Shown: in pieces, positions 1 to 10,045 of the stretch
Layout: every line of letters starts with the position of its first letter
Numbering within the stretch: the first letter of the stretch is position 1
Assembly (NCBI GenBank): GCA_021786385.1
Contig: JAJYNJ010000077.1
Coordinates: 12,329-76,328 of the forward strand
Direction of reading: 5' to 3'
Source of the DNA: Chloroflexota bacterium
GTDB taxonomy: Bacteria; Chloroflexota; Limnocylindria; Limnocylindrales; CSP1-4
Length of the DNA: 64,000 nucleotides
Notes under the pieces: generated by a model
Databases searched by the model: none
What the model was told of the DNA's origin: nothing
The model's input: the letters and a program-made list of their open reading frames with translations, nothing else
Translations under genes and position numbers: made by a program

Positions 1-2166
1 GATCTCGCCCGTCATCGCCACGTCTTTGCGGACCGGGATGCCGGTCAGCGCGCTCACGATCGCCGTGGCCATCGTGATGCCTGCGGACGGCCCGTCCTTC
101 GGGATGGCGCCCGCCGGCACGTGGATGTGCAGGGTGTTCTTCTCGAACACTTCGCGCGAGATCCCCAGCTCGCGGGCATGGGCGCGGGTCCAGGAGAGCC
201 CAGCGCGGGCCGACTCGCGCATCACCTCGCCCAGTTGGCCCGTCAGGATGAAGTCCTCGCGCCCCTCCATGCGGGTCACCTCGACGGCGACGATATCGCC
301 GCCGGTCTCCGTCACGACGAGCCCCGTGGCCGCCCCGACCTGGTCTTCCGGTTCGAGCTCGCCGTACTCGTAGCGCGGCGGCCCCAGGAATTCGTCGAGC
401 TTCTTGACGTCGACGACGGTCTTGCGCTTGCGCCCCTCGGCCACGGTCTTGGCGACCTTGCGCATGATGTTGGCCATCTCCCGCTCGAGGTTGCGGACGC
501 CCGCCTCGTGCGTGTATGCCTGGACCAGCTGCGTCAGCGCCGCATCGGTGATCTCGATGTGCTTCGGCGTCAGCCCGTGGTTGGTCATCTGCTTGGGGAT
601 CAGGAAGCGCCGGCCGATCTCGATCTTCTCCTGCTGCGTGTACCCGGGCAGCTGGATGACCTCCATGCGGTCGCGCAGGGCCGCCGGGATCGGGTCGAGC
701 AGGTTCCCCGTCGCGATGAAGAGCACCTTCGAGAGGTCGAACGGCACCTCCAGGTAGTTGTCCTGGAAGGTGTTGTTCTGCTCCGGGTCGAGCACCTCGA
801 GGAGCGCCGAGCTCGGATCGCCGCGGAAGTCCATGCCGATCTTGTCGATCTCGTCGAGCATGAAGACGGGGTTGTTCGAGCCGGCCTGTTTGATGCTCTG
901 GATGATGCGGCCGGGCAGCGCCCCGATATAGGTGCGCCGGTGCCCGCGGATCTCCGCCTCGTCGTGGATGCCGCCCAGGCTCATCCGCACGAACTTGCGG
1001 CCCATCGCCCGCGCGATGCTCTTGCCCAGCGACGTCTTGCCCACGCCGGGCGGCCCCACGAAGGCGAGGATCGGGCTGCGGATGGTGGCCGCGAGGGTGC
1101 GCACCGCGAGGTACTCGAGGATGCGCTCCTTCACCTTCTCCAGGCCGTAGTGGTCCTCGTCGAGGATCTTCGCGGCCTGTCGGATGTCGAGGTTGTCCTC
1201 CGTGGCGACGTTCCAGGGCAGGCCGATCAGCCAGTCGACGTAGGTGCGGATCACGCCGACCTCGGGGGAGGCCGACGGGATCCGGCTCATCCGATCGATC
1301 TCCTTGATCGCCCGCGCCTTCACCTCGTCGGGCATGCCCGCTGCCTCGACCTTGCCGCGGAGCTCGTTGATCTCCGCCTGCTGCGGGTCCTCCTCGCCCA
1401 GCTCGCGCTGGATCGCCTTCAGCTGCTCGCGCAGGATGTACTCGCGCTGGGTCTTGTCCATTTCGGACTTGACCTCGGACTGGATCTTCCCCTTCAGCTC
1501 GAGGATCTCGATCTGGCGGGCCAGGAAGGTGGAGACGAGGCGCAGCCGCTCGACGACGTCGGCGGTCTCGAGGAGCTCCTGGCGTTGCTCGGTGCTCATG
1601 TCGGGGCTATACGCGACCATGTCGGCTAGCAGCCCCGGTTCGGTGATGTTGCGGGCCGCGACGGCCGCCTCTGGGGGCACGGGCGCCCCGGACTGCACGT
1701 ACTGCTCGATCTGCGATTGGACCGAGCGCATCAGCGCCTGGACTTCGAGCCCGGTGGGTTTCTCGTCCTCGAGTGGCTCGACGGTAGCGACGATGTACGG
1801 GTCGGTCTGGCGGAACCCGAGGACGCGCAACCGCTGCTGTCCCTGGACGATCGCGCGGACGGTGCCGTCCTGCAGCTGCACGACCTGGGCGACCTTGGCG
1901 AGGGTGCCCACGCCATAGAGCTCCGAGGGATCGTTGATCTCCTCGCGATCGGCTTGGCGCTGGGTGACGAGCGCGATTGGGCTCGACTCGGCGACGGCGG
2001 CGTTCAGGGCCTTCACCGACTTCTCGCGGCCCACCTGCAGCGGGACGATCATCTCTGGGAAGATCACCGTCTCGCGCAGGGCGAGCAGGGGCAGGTCGCG
2101 GCGACCCGTGCCGGGCGTCTCGTTCGGCGGCGGTGTCTCGTCCGGGCTCGACGGTCGATCTGTCAT
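1..2166 (-). CDS. lon: ATP-dependent Lon protease (C-terminal end cut by window edge)
   Basis: Minus-strand translation gives the Lon N-domain, Walker [12 protein letters not shown] (around 990-1050) and the C-terminal proteolytic domain ending AMTGEI at the window edge. ATG at 2166 sits 8 bp after the hspR stop. The + strand ORF 121..1629 is its antisense artefact. Confidence 0.9.
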   Translation of the reverse strand, partial: MTDRPSSPDETPPPNETPGTGRRDLPLLALRETVIFPEMIVPLQVGREKSVKALNAAVAESSPIALVTQRQADREEINDPSELYGVGTLAKVAQVVQLQDGTVRAIVQGQQRLRVLGFRQTDPYIVATVEPLEDEKPTGLEVQALMRSVQSQIEQYVQSGAPVPPEAAVAARNITEPGLLADMVAYSPDMSTEQRQELLETADVVERLRLVSTFLARQIEILELKGKIQSEVKSEMDKTQREYILREQLKAIQRELGEEDPQQAEINELRGKVEAAGMPDEVKARAIKEIDRMSRIPSASPEVGVIRTYVDWLIGLPWNVATEDNLDIRQAAKILDEDHYGLEKVKERILEYLAVRTLAATIRSPILAFVGPPGVGKTSLGKSIARAMGRKFVRMSLGGIHDEAEIRGHRRTYIGALPGRIIQSIKQAGSNNPVFMLDEIDKIGMDFRGDPSSALLEVLDPEQNNTFQDNYLEVPFDLSKVLFIATGNLLDPIPAALRDRMEVIQLPGYTQQEKIEIGRRFLIPKQMTNHGLTPKHIEITDAALTQLVQAYTHEAGVRNLEREMANIMRKVAKTVAEGRKRKTVVDVKKLDEFLGPPRYEYGELEPEDQVGAATGLVVTETGGDIVAVEVTRMEGREDFILTGQLGEVMRESARAGLSWTRAHARELGISREVFEKNTLHIHVPAGAIPKDGPSAGITMATAIVSALTGIPVRKDVAMTGEI

Positions 2167-2173
2167 GGCGCTC

Positions 2174-2539
2174 TCATCTCCTGCTGGGGGACGGACGGTG
2201 CGCCGCGGGAGGCTGTTCCGGCGGCACGTCCGCGTCTGCGTCTGTGGTCGGTTCCGTGTAGAGGGCCTCCAGGATCGGGGTTCCGAGCTTCTCTTCGAGT
2301 TCGAAGAGGACGCGGACCCCGGCTAGGTTGACCCCCAGGTTCTGCGTCAGGTGCCGGATCCAGAGGACCCGGCGCAAGTCTCGTTCGGAATAGAGTCGGA
2401 TGTTCGTGGGCGTGCGCGCCGGACAGAGCAGCCCTTCGTCCTCGTAGATCCGCAGGGTCCGCGGATGTACCCGCACGATACTCGCCGCGACGCTGATCAC
2501 GTAAACCGGCTGGCTTGGATCTCGTACCCGGTCGCGCAC
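2174..2539 (-). CDS. hspR: MerR-family heat-shock repressor HspR
   Basis: MerR-type [31 protein letters not shown] followed by a coiled region, collinear with Streptomyces HspR. Start taken as the GTG at 2539, just after the hsp20 stop; the alternative ATG at 2608 would overlap hsp20 by 52 nt. Stop is 8 bp before the lon start. Confidence 0.7.
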   Translation of the reverse strand: MRDRVRDPSQPVYVISVAASIVRVHPRTLRIYEDEGLLCPARTPTNIRLYSERDLRRVLWIRHLTQNLGVNLAGVRVLFELEEKLGTPILEALYTEPTTDADADVPPEQPPAAHRPSPSRR

Positions 2540-2555
2540 GTCCGGCTGGTCCCGC

Positions 2556-3056
2556 TCAGTGGCTCTGGGACGACTGGCCGGCGGAGGCGTCGGCGTTGGT
2601 CTGGGCATCGGTCTTGGGCGTGATCCTGATCTGGCGCGGCCGCGCCTCCGCACGCTTGGGCAGCGTGAGCGTGAGCACGCCGTGCTCGTAGTGGGCCGCG
2701 GCCTCGTCCGGGTTCACGTCGCCCGGGAGCTGCACCGTGCGGCTATATCGGCCGCGGCGAAGTTCCTGGAACAGGTACCCACGCTCCTTCTCGCGGCGTT
2801 CCTCCTTGAACTCGCCGCTGATCGTGAGGGTGTCACCCTCCACACTCACCGACACGTCCTCCGGCTGGACCCCGGGGAGCGCCGCCTTCACGACGAGCGC
2901 ATCGTCGGTGCGGTAGATGTCGAGGGGCAGCACGCCTTCCTCCGCCCCGCTCGACCACCCGCGCGGTCGGACGAACGAGTCCTCGAACAGCCGGTCCATC
3001 GCTTGGCGTAGCGAGACGAGTTCGCCGAAGGGACTCGGCCTGCGCATCATGCTCAT
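2556..3056 (-). CDS. Hsp20/alpha-crystallin family small heat-shock protein
   Basis: Alpha-crystallin domain (LPLDIYRTDDALVVKAALPGV...GVLTLTLPK). ATG at 3056 preceded by CAGGAGGG. A HAIR-like operator lies in its promoter. Confidence 0.9.
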   Translation of the reverse strand: MSMMRRPSPFGELVSLRQAMDRLFEDSFVRPRGWSSGAEEGVLPLDIYRTDDALVVKAALPGVQPEDVSVSVEGDTLTISGEFKEERREKERGYLFQELRRGRYSRTVQLPGDVNPDEAAAHYEHGVLTLTLPKRAEARPRQIRITPKTDAQTNADASAGQSSQSH

Positions 3057-3172
3057 GGTCTGGCACCCTCCTGTGGCGATCCACCACTCAGTCAGCAGAT
3101 GCGGCTCCGGCCCTGCGCGGCCGGAGGGGCGGCTCTCCGCTCACCCGCGCATCACGTGCCGACATCATCAAC

Positions 3173-3193
3173 CATGACAACATTGTTGTCAAG
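3173..3193 (-). promoter_or_regulatory. HAIR-like inverted repeat (candidate HspR operator) overlapping the -35 of the hsp20-hspR-lon promoter
   Basis: Minus strand reads CTTGACA-ACAATGT-TGTCATG, the same 7-N7-7 geometry as the HspR-associated inverted repeat CTTGAGT-N7-ACTCAAG. TTGACA works as the -35, with GATGAT (plus 3164-3169) 17 nt downstream as the -10. Confidence 0.5.
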
Positions 3194-3321
3194 AGTGTTG
3201 CTGATTCTTCACCGCACAAGATGTCATAGTGGGTGGTAAGAAAGCAGACGATGGCGCGCCCACTGGGCGGTCGCCGCAGGCGACCCGAGGCATGCCGCGC
3301 CTGCCGGACCGGGCGTCTCCG

Positions 3322-4467
3322 TCAGGCCTCGCCCGTGCGCTCGGTCGGACCCGCATGCCAGACGCCCGCGCGCATCACGCGGCGGACCGCGTACGCATCG
3401 TCGAGCTCGACGAGGTCCGCGCGCAGTCCCGGCGCGAGACGGCCTCGGTCGGTCACCCCGAGCAGCGCCAGCGGGTTCGCGCTGGCCGCCGCCGCCACGC
3501 GCGGCAGGTCGACGCCGAACCGGGCTAGGTTCCGCACCGCCGTGTCGAGCGCGATCACGGACCCGGCAAGCGCTCCGTTCGAGACGAGCGTGCAGCGATC
3601 GCCGTCGACCCTGACCGGGAGCCCGCCCAGCACGCCGCGCTCCGCGGCGGTCCCCGCGAGCGAGATCGCGTCGCTCACGAGGATCAGGCGGTCCGCCGGC
3701 TTGGTGCGCACGATGAGTGGCCAGAGGACCCGGTCGACGTGGTGCCCGTCGGCGATCAGCTCGGTGTACACGTCGTCCCGCGCGAGCGCCACGGCCGCCA
3801 GCCCCGGCGTGTGCTGATGCACGCCGGACATGGCATTGAAGAGATGTGTCGTCGTCCTTGCTCCCGCGTCGTACCCGGCCTGGGCCGCTTCGGCGTCGGC
3901 CACCGAGTGGCCCAGGGAGGCCACCACGCCGCGCGCGCGCAGCCATCCGATCAGGGTCAACGCGCCGGGGCTCTCCGGGGCGATCGTCGTCAGGCGCAGC
4001 CCCTGGAGCAGCGGCTCCAGGTCGGCGACCGGCACGTCAGCCGGGGCGCGCACGAACGTCGGGTTCTGGGCACCGACCCGCTGGGGCGAGATGAACGGGC
4101 CCTCCAGGTTGAACCCAAGTGGAGCGGCGCCGTCGTCGCACGCCACCGGCATCCAGCGGCGGACGCGGTCCGCGAAGGCCCGAAGCTCCTCCAACGGCGC
4201 GGTGACCGCGGTGGGCAGAAATGACGTCACGCCGCGGCGCAGCAGCGCCCGGGCCATGCCGTCGAGCGCTCCATCGGGCCCCATCGCGTCGTGGCCGCCC
4301 CATCCATGCACGTGGACGTCGACGAACCCCGGCATGACCCACGGGCCTGCCGCCTCGGATTCGTCCGGCTCGACGGTCGCGATACGCCCGCCGGCGACGA
4401 TGACGCGCCCCGGGACGACACCCCCGTCCAGCACCAGCCTGCCGCCGACGACCGTCTCGCTCTCCAC
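3322..4467 (-). CDS. nagA: N-acetylglucosamine-6-phosphate deacetylase
   Basis: Amidohydrolase motifs PGFVDVHVHG, HLFNAMS and DGHH with NagA-like length (381 aa). GTG start at 4467 with GGGAGG 9 nt upstream. The N-terminal part of track ORF 3322..4533 is not needed. Confidence 0.8.
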   Translation of the reverse strand: MESETVVGGRLVLDGGVVPGRVIVAGGRIATVEPDESEAAGPWVMPGFVDVHVHGWGGHDAMGPDGALDGMARALLRRGVTSFLPTAVTAPLEELRAFADRVRRWMPVACDDGAAPLGFNLEGPFISPQRVGAQNPTFVRAPADVPVADLEPLLQGLRLTTIAPESPGALTLIGWLRARGVVASLGHSVADAEAAQAGYDAGARTTTHLFNAMSGVHQHTPGLAAVALARDDVYTELIADGHHVDRVLWPLIVRTKPADRLILVSDAISLAGTAAERGVLGGLPVRVDGDRCTLVSNGALAGSVIALDTAVRNLARFGVDLPRVAAAASANPLALLGVTDRGRLAPGLRADLVELDDAYAVRRVMRAGVWHAGPTERTGEA

Positions 4468-4645
4468 TGCCCCGGCCTCCCGACTTCTTGCCGACCAGTC
4501 CGCTGCCCGTGACGGTCGCGCGACCGCCCCCACCCGCGACAGTGCCGTTCGGCTTGACGGTGCCGCCTGACCCGACAGTGCGGCTGCGGTCTTGCCGGAT
4601 CCGGCTGCCGAGCGGCACCCAACCGGGCGCCGGACGAACCCTGGC

Positions 4646-5326
4646 TCAGGCCGGGGCGTCGTGCGGTCGCTCGCCGATCAAGAGCCGGCGGACGTCGTCC
4701 TGGCAGGTGGTGCGGCTCAGCGCGACCAGCTTGTCGCCCGCCTGCAGCGTCGTGTCGGGCCGCACGGCCTGCGCCACGTTGCCGCGGATCACGGCGAACA
4801 GGAGGCAGCCCTCGGGGAGCACCAAGTCGCGCGCCGCGCGGCCCGCCGCGGGCGAGTCATCCTCGATCTGCGCTTCGACCAGCTCGAGATCGCCGGTCGA
4901 GAGCTGGGCCAGGTGCAGCAGGTCGTGCACCGGGATGTCCTGCTCGATGGCGCCCAGCGCCATGCGCGTCGGGTTGATCACCTCGTCGACGCCGAGCTTG
5001 CGAAAGAGTGCTTCGTTCTTGGGGCTGTTGACCCGCGCGATCGTGCGTGGCACGGCGAAGTGGTGCTTGGCCATCTGGCAGACGACCAGGTTGTCCTCGT
5101 CGTCGCCGGTCACCGCCGCCACGATCGCGGCGCGGTTGGCCCCCGCCGCCGCCAGATGTTTGCCCTCGCAGCCGTCACGGGTCAGCACCACGCTCCCGAT
5201 CTCATCCGCGATCTGCGCCGCACGCCGGGGATCCTTCTCGAGCAGCACGACTTCATGGCCCGAGGTCAGGAGTTCCCGGGTCAGGTAGTAGCCGACCTTC
5301 CCGCCGCCCACGACGATGATGAACAT
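4646..5326 (-). CDS. trkA: Trk-system K+ uptake protein TrkA (NAD-binding domain plus TrkA-C)
   Basis: MFIIVVGGGKVGYYL Rossmann motif and a C-terminal RCK domain. ATG at 5326 overlaps the upstream gene's stop (ATGA). Confidence 0.85.
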   Translation of the reverse strand: MFIIVVGGGKVGYYLTRELLTSGHEVVLLEKDPRRAAQIADEIGSVVLTRDGCEGKHLAAAGANRAAIVAAVTGDDEDNLVVCQMAKHHFAVPRTIARVNSPKNEALFRKLGVDEVINPTRMALGAIEQDIPVHDLLHLAQLSTGDLELVEAQIEDDSPAAGRAARDLVLPEGCLLFAVIRGNVAQAVRPDTTLQAGDKLVALSRTTCQDDVRRLLIGERPHDAPA

Positions 5327-5787
5327 CAGCGCGCCTCCGCCTCGTGCGACGGCTCCGCCAGCAGGTCGCCAGCGTGCTGGTCGCCCGGCAGCCCGACGAA
5401 CTGCGCCAGCACGTCGATCATCAGCGTGGTCCGGCAGATCACCGCGAGACCCATGACGCGATACGCGGCGGCGCGCACGGGGTCGTTGATCTTGGCCACG
5501 ACGTGGGGGATGCGCAGGGTGTCGCGCGCGATCTGCGCGGCCAGCGCGTTCCGATTGTCGCCTTCGGTCAAGGCGAAGAAACAATCCGCCTGCTCCGCTC
5601 CGATCCGGCGCAGCACGTCCTCATCGGTCCCGTCGCCGCGGATGGCCTGGCCCGGGAAGTCGGCGTTGAGCCGGTTGAACGCCTGTGTGGAAATGTCGAC
5701 GACGGTGACGTCATGCCCCGCGCCAGCGAGGGCTTCGGCGAGCCCCGCGCCCACGCGGCCGCAACCCACGATGATCGTGCGCACTCT
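5326..5787 (-). CDS. trkA: TrkA-N domain protein, second TrkA paralog translationally coupled to trkA
   Basis: VRTIIVGCGRVGAGLAEAL NAD-binding motif. GTG at 5787 with GGAGCGAGA upstream; stop overlaps the downstream trkA start. Confidence 0.8.
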   Translation of the reverse strand, partial: RVRTIIVGCGRVGAGLAEALAGAGHDVTVVDISTQAFNRLNADFPGQAIRGDGTDEDVLRRIGAEQADCFFALTEGDNRNALAAQIARDTLRIPHVVAKINDPVRAAAYRVMGLAVICRTTLMIDVLAQFVGLPGDQHAGDLLAEPSHEAEAR

Positions 5788-5794
5788 CGCTCCT

Positions 5795-6289
5795 CTACCG
5801 GCGGGCCAGGGCCCGCTGCTCCGTGCTGCTGCCAGTTTCCGTGGGGATCGCGCTGCGCACGACGAGCACGGCCATGGGCGCGTTCTGGAGCACATATGGG
5901 ATGACGCGGCCCATCGCGAAGTCCCCGCCGAACTTCGTCCGGTAGGGCAGGCCCAGGATGATCAGATCCGCATCCACCCCGGCTGCCTCGTCGACGATCG
6001 CCGCTCCCACGTCGCGCGCCTGAAGGAGCGTGGTCTTCAGGTCGATCCCGTAGCGCTCCGCCTGCGCCTCGGCGCGATCGAGCACCTCGGACGCCCGTTC
6101 CCGACTGCCCGGCAGGACCTCGGCCAGGTCGTGGGTCCAGTCGACTTCGATGACGTTGACGGCGATCAGCTCGGTCCGCGCCTGCTTGGCCATTCGCACG
6201 GCGGCCCCGACGACGAGCGGATCGGTCGGCCCCCCGTTCAGCCCCAGCACCGCGCGCGTGAACTGACCCTGCCCGTTGCTCTCTCCCAT
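5795..6289 (-). CDS. universal stress protein (UspA family)
   Basis: Usp fold motifs (VLGLNGGPTDPLVVGAA...IAVNVIEV...DADLIILGL...VLVVRS). Confidence 0.75.
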   Translation of the reverse strand: MGESNGQGQFTRAVLGLNGGPTDPLVVGAAVRMAKQARTELIAVNVIEVDWTHDLAEVLPGSRERASEVLDRAEAQAERYGIDLKTTLLQARDVGAAIVDEAAGVDADLIILGLPYRTKFGGDFAMGRVIPYVLQNAPMAVLVVRSAIPTETGSSTEQRALARR

Positions 6290-6358
6290 CGGCGCGTAGC
6301 GTAGCACCGGCCCGCGGAGGCGGCGGCCCCTCGGGCGGCTCCCGGGTCGCGTCGTGCC

Positions 6359-8236
6359 TTACGCATCCTTGCGGTAGGGCACCACCGCCACCACCGTGTT
6401 GGGTCGGCCGATCAGGGCTCGGCGCAGCCGCTGCGCGCTGCGGTTGTGCAGGATCTGTTCCCACCAGTGCCGCACGACGAACTCCGGGACCACCACGATC
6501 GTGACGGCCTCCGGGTCGGGCTCCATCACGTCGAGGTACGTCACGAGCGGTCTGACGAGCTGGCGGTACGGCGACTCGACGATCACGAGCGGGACCCCCG
6601 GGAGCTGACGCTCGAAGCGCGCGCGCAGCTGCTCGCCCGAGTCGATCTCGTCAGTGACGTAGACCGCGCGAACGTCGGGCGAGAGCGTCCGCGCGAACGC
6701 GATCGCCTGGACGACCGCGCGGGTCAGCCCCGGCACGGGGACCACCACCCGCTGGCGCCGGTGCGGCTGTCCGAAGACCAGGTCCTCGCGCACCACCAGC
6801 TCGGCCGCCTCACGCGCGTATTCGCGGTGGATCAGCACCATCACCAGGACGATGATCGGGATCAGCGCCACGACCATCCAGGCGCCAGCCGTGAACTTCA
6901 CGCTCGCCACCACGACCGCGACCACCCCGGTCAGGACCGCGCCGAAGGCATTGATGGCGAGGCGCGACCGCCAGCCGCGGCCATGTTCCACGAACCAGTG
7001 CTTGACCATCCCGGCCTGGGAGATGGTGAAGCTGATGAAGACGCCGACTGCGTAGAGCGGGATCAGCGCCGCCGTGTTGGCGTTGAAGGCGACCAGCAGC
7101 GCGGCCGCCACGGCGGCCAGCACGAAGATGCCGGTGGAGAAGGCCAGGCGGTCCCCGCGGAACGCGAACGCGCGCGGGAAGTACGCGTCCTCGGCGAGGA
7201 TCGCCGCGAGGCGCGGAAACGCGTTGAAACTGGTGTTCGACGCGAGGACCAGGATCAGCGCGGCAGACGCCTGGAAGAGATAGAACATCGGCCCGGTCCC
7301 CACGGCCGCGCGGGCGACGAGCGCCGGGACGGATTGCGTGCCGCCAGGGAGGATGCCGTAGGAGACCGCGACCGCGGTGACGCCGATGAAGATGATCGCG
7401 AGCAGCGCCGCCATCGCGACCAGCGTGCGTGCCGCGTTCTGCGCCTCCGGCGGTTTGAAGGCAGGCACCCCGTTCGCAATCGCTTCGGTCCCCGTCAAAG
7501 CGACCGAGCCGCCGGCGAATGCGCGGAGCACGAGCAGGATCGAGAGCTGGTCGACCGCGGCCGACACGTGGCCGGGCTGGTAGCCGGTCGCCGCTGGATC
7601 GTGCAGCACCAGCGCCTTGAAGAGACCGCTGCCCACGACGACGAGGGCCGACCCCACATACAGATACGTGGGCAGCGCGAAGATATTGCCGGACTCGCGG
7701 ATCCCGCGCAGGTTGCCGAGCAGGATGAGGGAGATCGCCACGACGCAGGCCTCCACGCGCACGGGGAAGAGCGCCGGAAACGCCGAGTAGATCTGCTCGA
7801 TGGCCGAGGAGGTCGAGACCGCTACGGTCATCACGTAGTCGATCAGCAGCGCGGAAGCTGCGACCAGCGCGAAGATGCGGGGCAGGTTGGCGCCCGCCAC
7901 CGCGTATGCGCCGCCACCAGACGGATAGGCGTAGCCGATCTGCCGATAGCTGATGGCCACGATGGCCAGCAGCGCCGCGATCGCGATCGCGATCGGAAGC
8001 GTCAGGGTCAGGGCGGCGAGGCCGCCCAGCACGAGAATGTTGAGGATCTCCTCGGAGGCGTAGGCGCTCGACGAGATCGCGTCGGAGCTCAGGATCGCCA
8101 GCGCCTTCTTCTTCGAGAGGCGCTCCTCGATCTCCTGCTCGCTTGCCAGCGGGGTGCCGATGAGGAGACGGCGGATCTGCGCATAGGCCCGCCCGAGCCG
8201 GGTGGTCGGGGCGCTCGCCTTCGCCTTCGCCCGCAC
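6359..8236 (-). CDS. kimA: KimA/YdaO-type K+ transporter (APC superfamily permease with cytoplasmic C-terminal domain)
   Basis: Collinear with B. subtilis KimA from N to C: IRRLLIGTPL, LSSDAISSSAYASEEIL, YRQIGYAYPSGGGAYAVA and FVVRHWWEQILHNRSA. Start taken as GTG at 8236. The upstream 200 aa of track ORF 6359..8890 is an R-rich artefact overlapping the next gene. Confidence 0.8.
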   Translation of the reverse strand: MRAKAKASAPTTRLGRAYAQIRRLLIGTPLASEQEIEERLSKKKALAILSSDAISSSAYASEEILNILVLGGLAALTLTLPIAIAIAALLAIVAISYRQIGYAYPSGGGAYAVAGANLPRIFALVAASALLIDYVMTVAVSTSSAIEQIYSAFPALFPVRVEACVVAISLILLGNLRGIRESGNIFALPTYLYVGSALVVVGSGLFKALVLHDPAATGYQPGHVSAAVDQLSILLVLRAFAGGSVALTGTEAIANGVPAFKPPEAQNAARTLVAMAALLAIIFIGVTAVAVSYGILPGGTQSVPALVARAAVGTGPMFYLFQASAALILVLASNTSFNAFPRLAAILAEDAYFPRAFAFRGDRLAFSTGIFVLAAVAAALLVAFNANTAALIPLYAVGVFISFTISQAGMVKHWFVEHGRGWRSRLAINAFGAVLTGVVAVVVASVKFTAGAWMVVALIPIIVLVMVLIHREYAREAAELVVREDLVFGQPHRRQRVVVPVPGLTRAVVQAIAFARTLSPDVRAVYVTDEIDSGEQLRARFERQLPGVPLVIVESPYRQLVRPLVTYLDVMEPDPEAVTIVVVPEFVVRHWWEQILHNRSAQRLRRALIGRPNTVVAVVPYRKDA

Positions 8237-8382
8237 GATGCCGGGTCCGGCGTAGCGGAAGTACTCGGCCTGCGGCCGTGCGACGCGGACGCGCTGGTCG
8301 CCGAGCTTGCGGCCGCGCAGCGGGGCCGATGTGCCCGCGGGCTTCTGGCCGACGTCCTTTCTGCGGTCCAGCGCGAACCCCC

Positions 8383-9105
8383 TCAGAGCCCCAGATCGAG
8401 CCGGTCGATCAGCCGCTGGGGCAGGCCGGCGGCGCGCATCGCCTGCTGGGTGACCGCGATGGCGTACGGCGCGCGGCGCCAGGTGACCGTGCCTGACCCG
8501 GTGTCGAGCAGGGCTCCCGCGGCGCGGGGATCCCCATCGCGCGGCTGGCCGACACCCCCGGGGTTGATGATGGTGCGCCGGCCATCGAGGACGAGGGTGG
8601 TCCCGTCCTGCGGCAGGATCGCCTCGATGCGCCCGGCGGTCTCCCGGAACGCGAGCGGCACGTGCGTGTGCCCCACCAGGCAGTACGGCGTCGCGAACGC
8701 GGCGAGGTTGGCCCGCGCGACCGACGTCGAGTAGAGGTATTCCCAGAGGGGATCCCGCGGTGACCCGTGGGCGAGCGTGAAGTCCCCGTCGACGCGCGTC
8801 ACGGGGTTGCCTGCCAGCCAGTGTCGTGCTCGGTCGTTCAGTTGTCGCGCGGACCACTCGACCGCCACGCGCGCGGCGTCGTTGAACCACTCGGTGTCGA
8901 TCTCGCCCAGGGCGGCGGCATCATGGTTGCCCTGCACGCCGACCGCGCCGGCGGCCTCCAGTCGGTCGATCACCTCCACGGGTGCGGGCCCGTAGCCCAC
9001 GACGTCGCCCAGGTGCCAGATCGCGTCGAAGGGGGCCAGTGCGTCGAGGATCGCTTCGAGGGCCGCGAGGTTCCCGTGGATATCCGAGATCAGCGCGACG
9101 CGCAT
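8383..9105 (-). CDS. metallophosphoesterase (calcineurin-like, YfcE/MJ0936 family)
   Basis: MRVALISDIHGN ... GDVVGYG ... GNHD ... GHTH phosphoesterase motifs. ATG at 9105. Confidence 0.8.
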   Translation of the reverse strand: MRVALISDIHGNLAALEAILDALAPFDAIWHLGDVVGYGPAPVEVIDRLEAAGAVGVQGNHDAAALGEIDTEWFNDAARVAVEWSARQLNDRARHWLAGNPVTRVDGDFTLAHGSPRDPLWEYLYSTSVARANLAAFATPYCLVGHTHVPLAFRETAGRIEAILPQDGTTLVLDGRRTIINPGGVGQPRDGDPRAAGALLDTGSGTVTWRRAPYAIAVTQQAMRAAGLPQRLIDRLDLGL

Positions 9106-9109
9106 GCGC

Positions 9110-10045
9110 TCAGGGTAGCAGCCGCCGCCGTTGCGGAGTCCGCCGTGGGTAGCGCTCTGGCGTGGCCCGGCGCTTCGCCACACAGACGAGGAGGTGGTCG
9201 TCGAGGCCGGTCAGCCGCACGCGCTCCGTCGCGGGCTGTGGGTCCGCGCCGAGCGTTTCCAGGAGCGGCAGTGCGGCAGCGAGCTCGTCCGCAAACGCCC
9301 CGTCACCCGCGTCGCGCTTCCAGGCCACGAAGACGCCGCCTGGCCGGACGAGTGGGAGCGCCAGCTCCAGCAGGCCGGGCAGCGCGGCCACTGCACGGGC
9401 GGTGACGATCTCCCATCGCTCGCGGTATTCGGGCCGCCGTCCGAGCGCCTCTGCCCGGGCGGTGACCACGCGCCACCGGACCGGCTCCTCCCCGTGATCC
9501 TGGAAGGCACGCGCCGCCGCGGACGCGACCACCTCCAGGAACGCGGTCCGGCGCCCCACGGAGTCGACCAGCGACGCTTCGGCTGCTGGGATCGCCACGG
9601 CGACCGGGAGTCCCGGATACCCCGCCCCGCTGCCCACGTCGAGGAGTGTCACTGGGCGACGCGGGGGACGACGAGCGGCCAGTCGCTCGAGCAGCGTCGG
9701 CACCGCGGCCAGGCTGTCGGCGACGTGCTCGAGGGCGACGCCGGCCGGGTCCCGGATCGCGGTCAGGTTCACGAAGGGGCTCCAAGCGAGGACGAGGCGG
9801 GCCTGCGCATCGAGCGCTGCGCGCATGCCCGGCGTCAGGTCCAGCCCAAGCTCTGCCAGGGCCCGATCGAGAACCGCGTCGAACGACGGGCCGGGCGGCG
9901 CAAGCACGGCCGGATCCTGGGGCAGCGGCTGCCGGGCAACGCGGCCCACGGAGCGCTGCCCATGGCTCCGGCCTGTGGCACCAGTCGCCGACCGATCGCT
10001 GGCCGCGGCACCCGGGAGCAAGGGCGACGCCGGAAGGGAGCGCAT
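9110..10045 (-). CDS. rsmG: 16S rRNA (guanine527-N7)-methyltransferase RsmG (GidB)
   Basis: SAM-MTase motif LLDVGSGAGYPGLPVA and the RsmG fold. Start chosen at M of MRSLPAS (10045); the longer track ORF start is R-rich. Confidence 0.8.
   Translation of the reverse strand: MRSLPASPLLPGAAASDRSATGATGRSHGQRSVGRVARQPLPQDPAVLAPPGPSFDAVLDRALAELGLDLTPGMRAALDAQARLVLAWSPFVNLTAIRDPAGVALEHVADSLAAVPTLLERLAARRPPRRPVTLLDVGSGAGYPGLPVAVAIPAAEASLVDSVGRRTAFLEVVASAAARAFQDHGEEPVRWRVVTARAEALGRRPEYRERWEIVTARAVAALPGLLELALPLVRPGGVFVAWKRDAGDGAFADELAAALPLLETLGADPQPATERVRLTGLDDHLLVCVAKRRATPERYPRRTPQRRRLLP

Noticed and set aside
121-1629. 502-aa + strand ORF (similar long ORFs at 4592-6304, 6446-8734, 9646-11889, 17037-18221, 18068-19318, 19212-20774, 21034-22518 and 23643-25565)
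   Set aside because: Asp/Leu/Arg/Gly-rich low-complexity translations that lie exactly antisense to well-supported genes (lon, trkA, kimA, liv operon, NYN, holB). These are typical open antisense frames in high-GC DNA.
8237-8890. N-terminal 218 aa of the 843-aa track ORF, and a possible c-di-AMP (ydaO) riboswitch in the kimA leader
   Set aside because: The upstream part overlaps the metallophosphoesterase gene and is R-rich. The KimA alignment begins near the GTG at 8236. I could not see ydaO-motif conserved elements in 8237-8383 by eye; an Rfam scan is needed.
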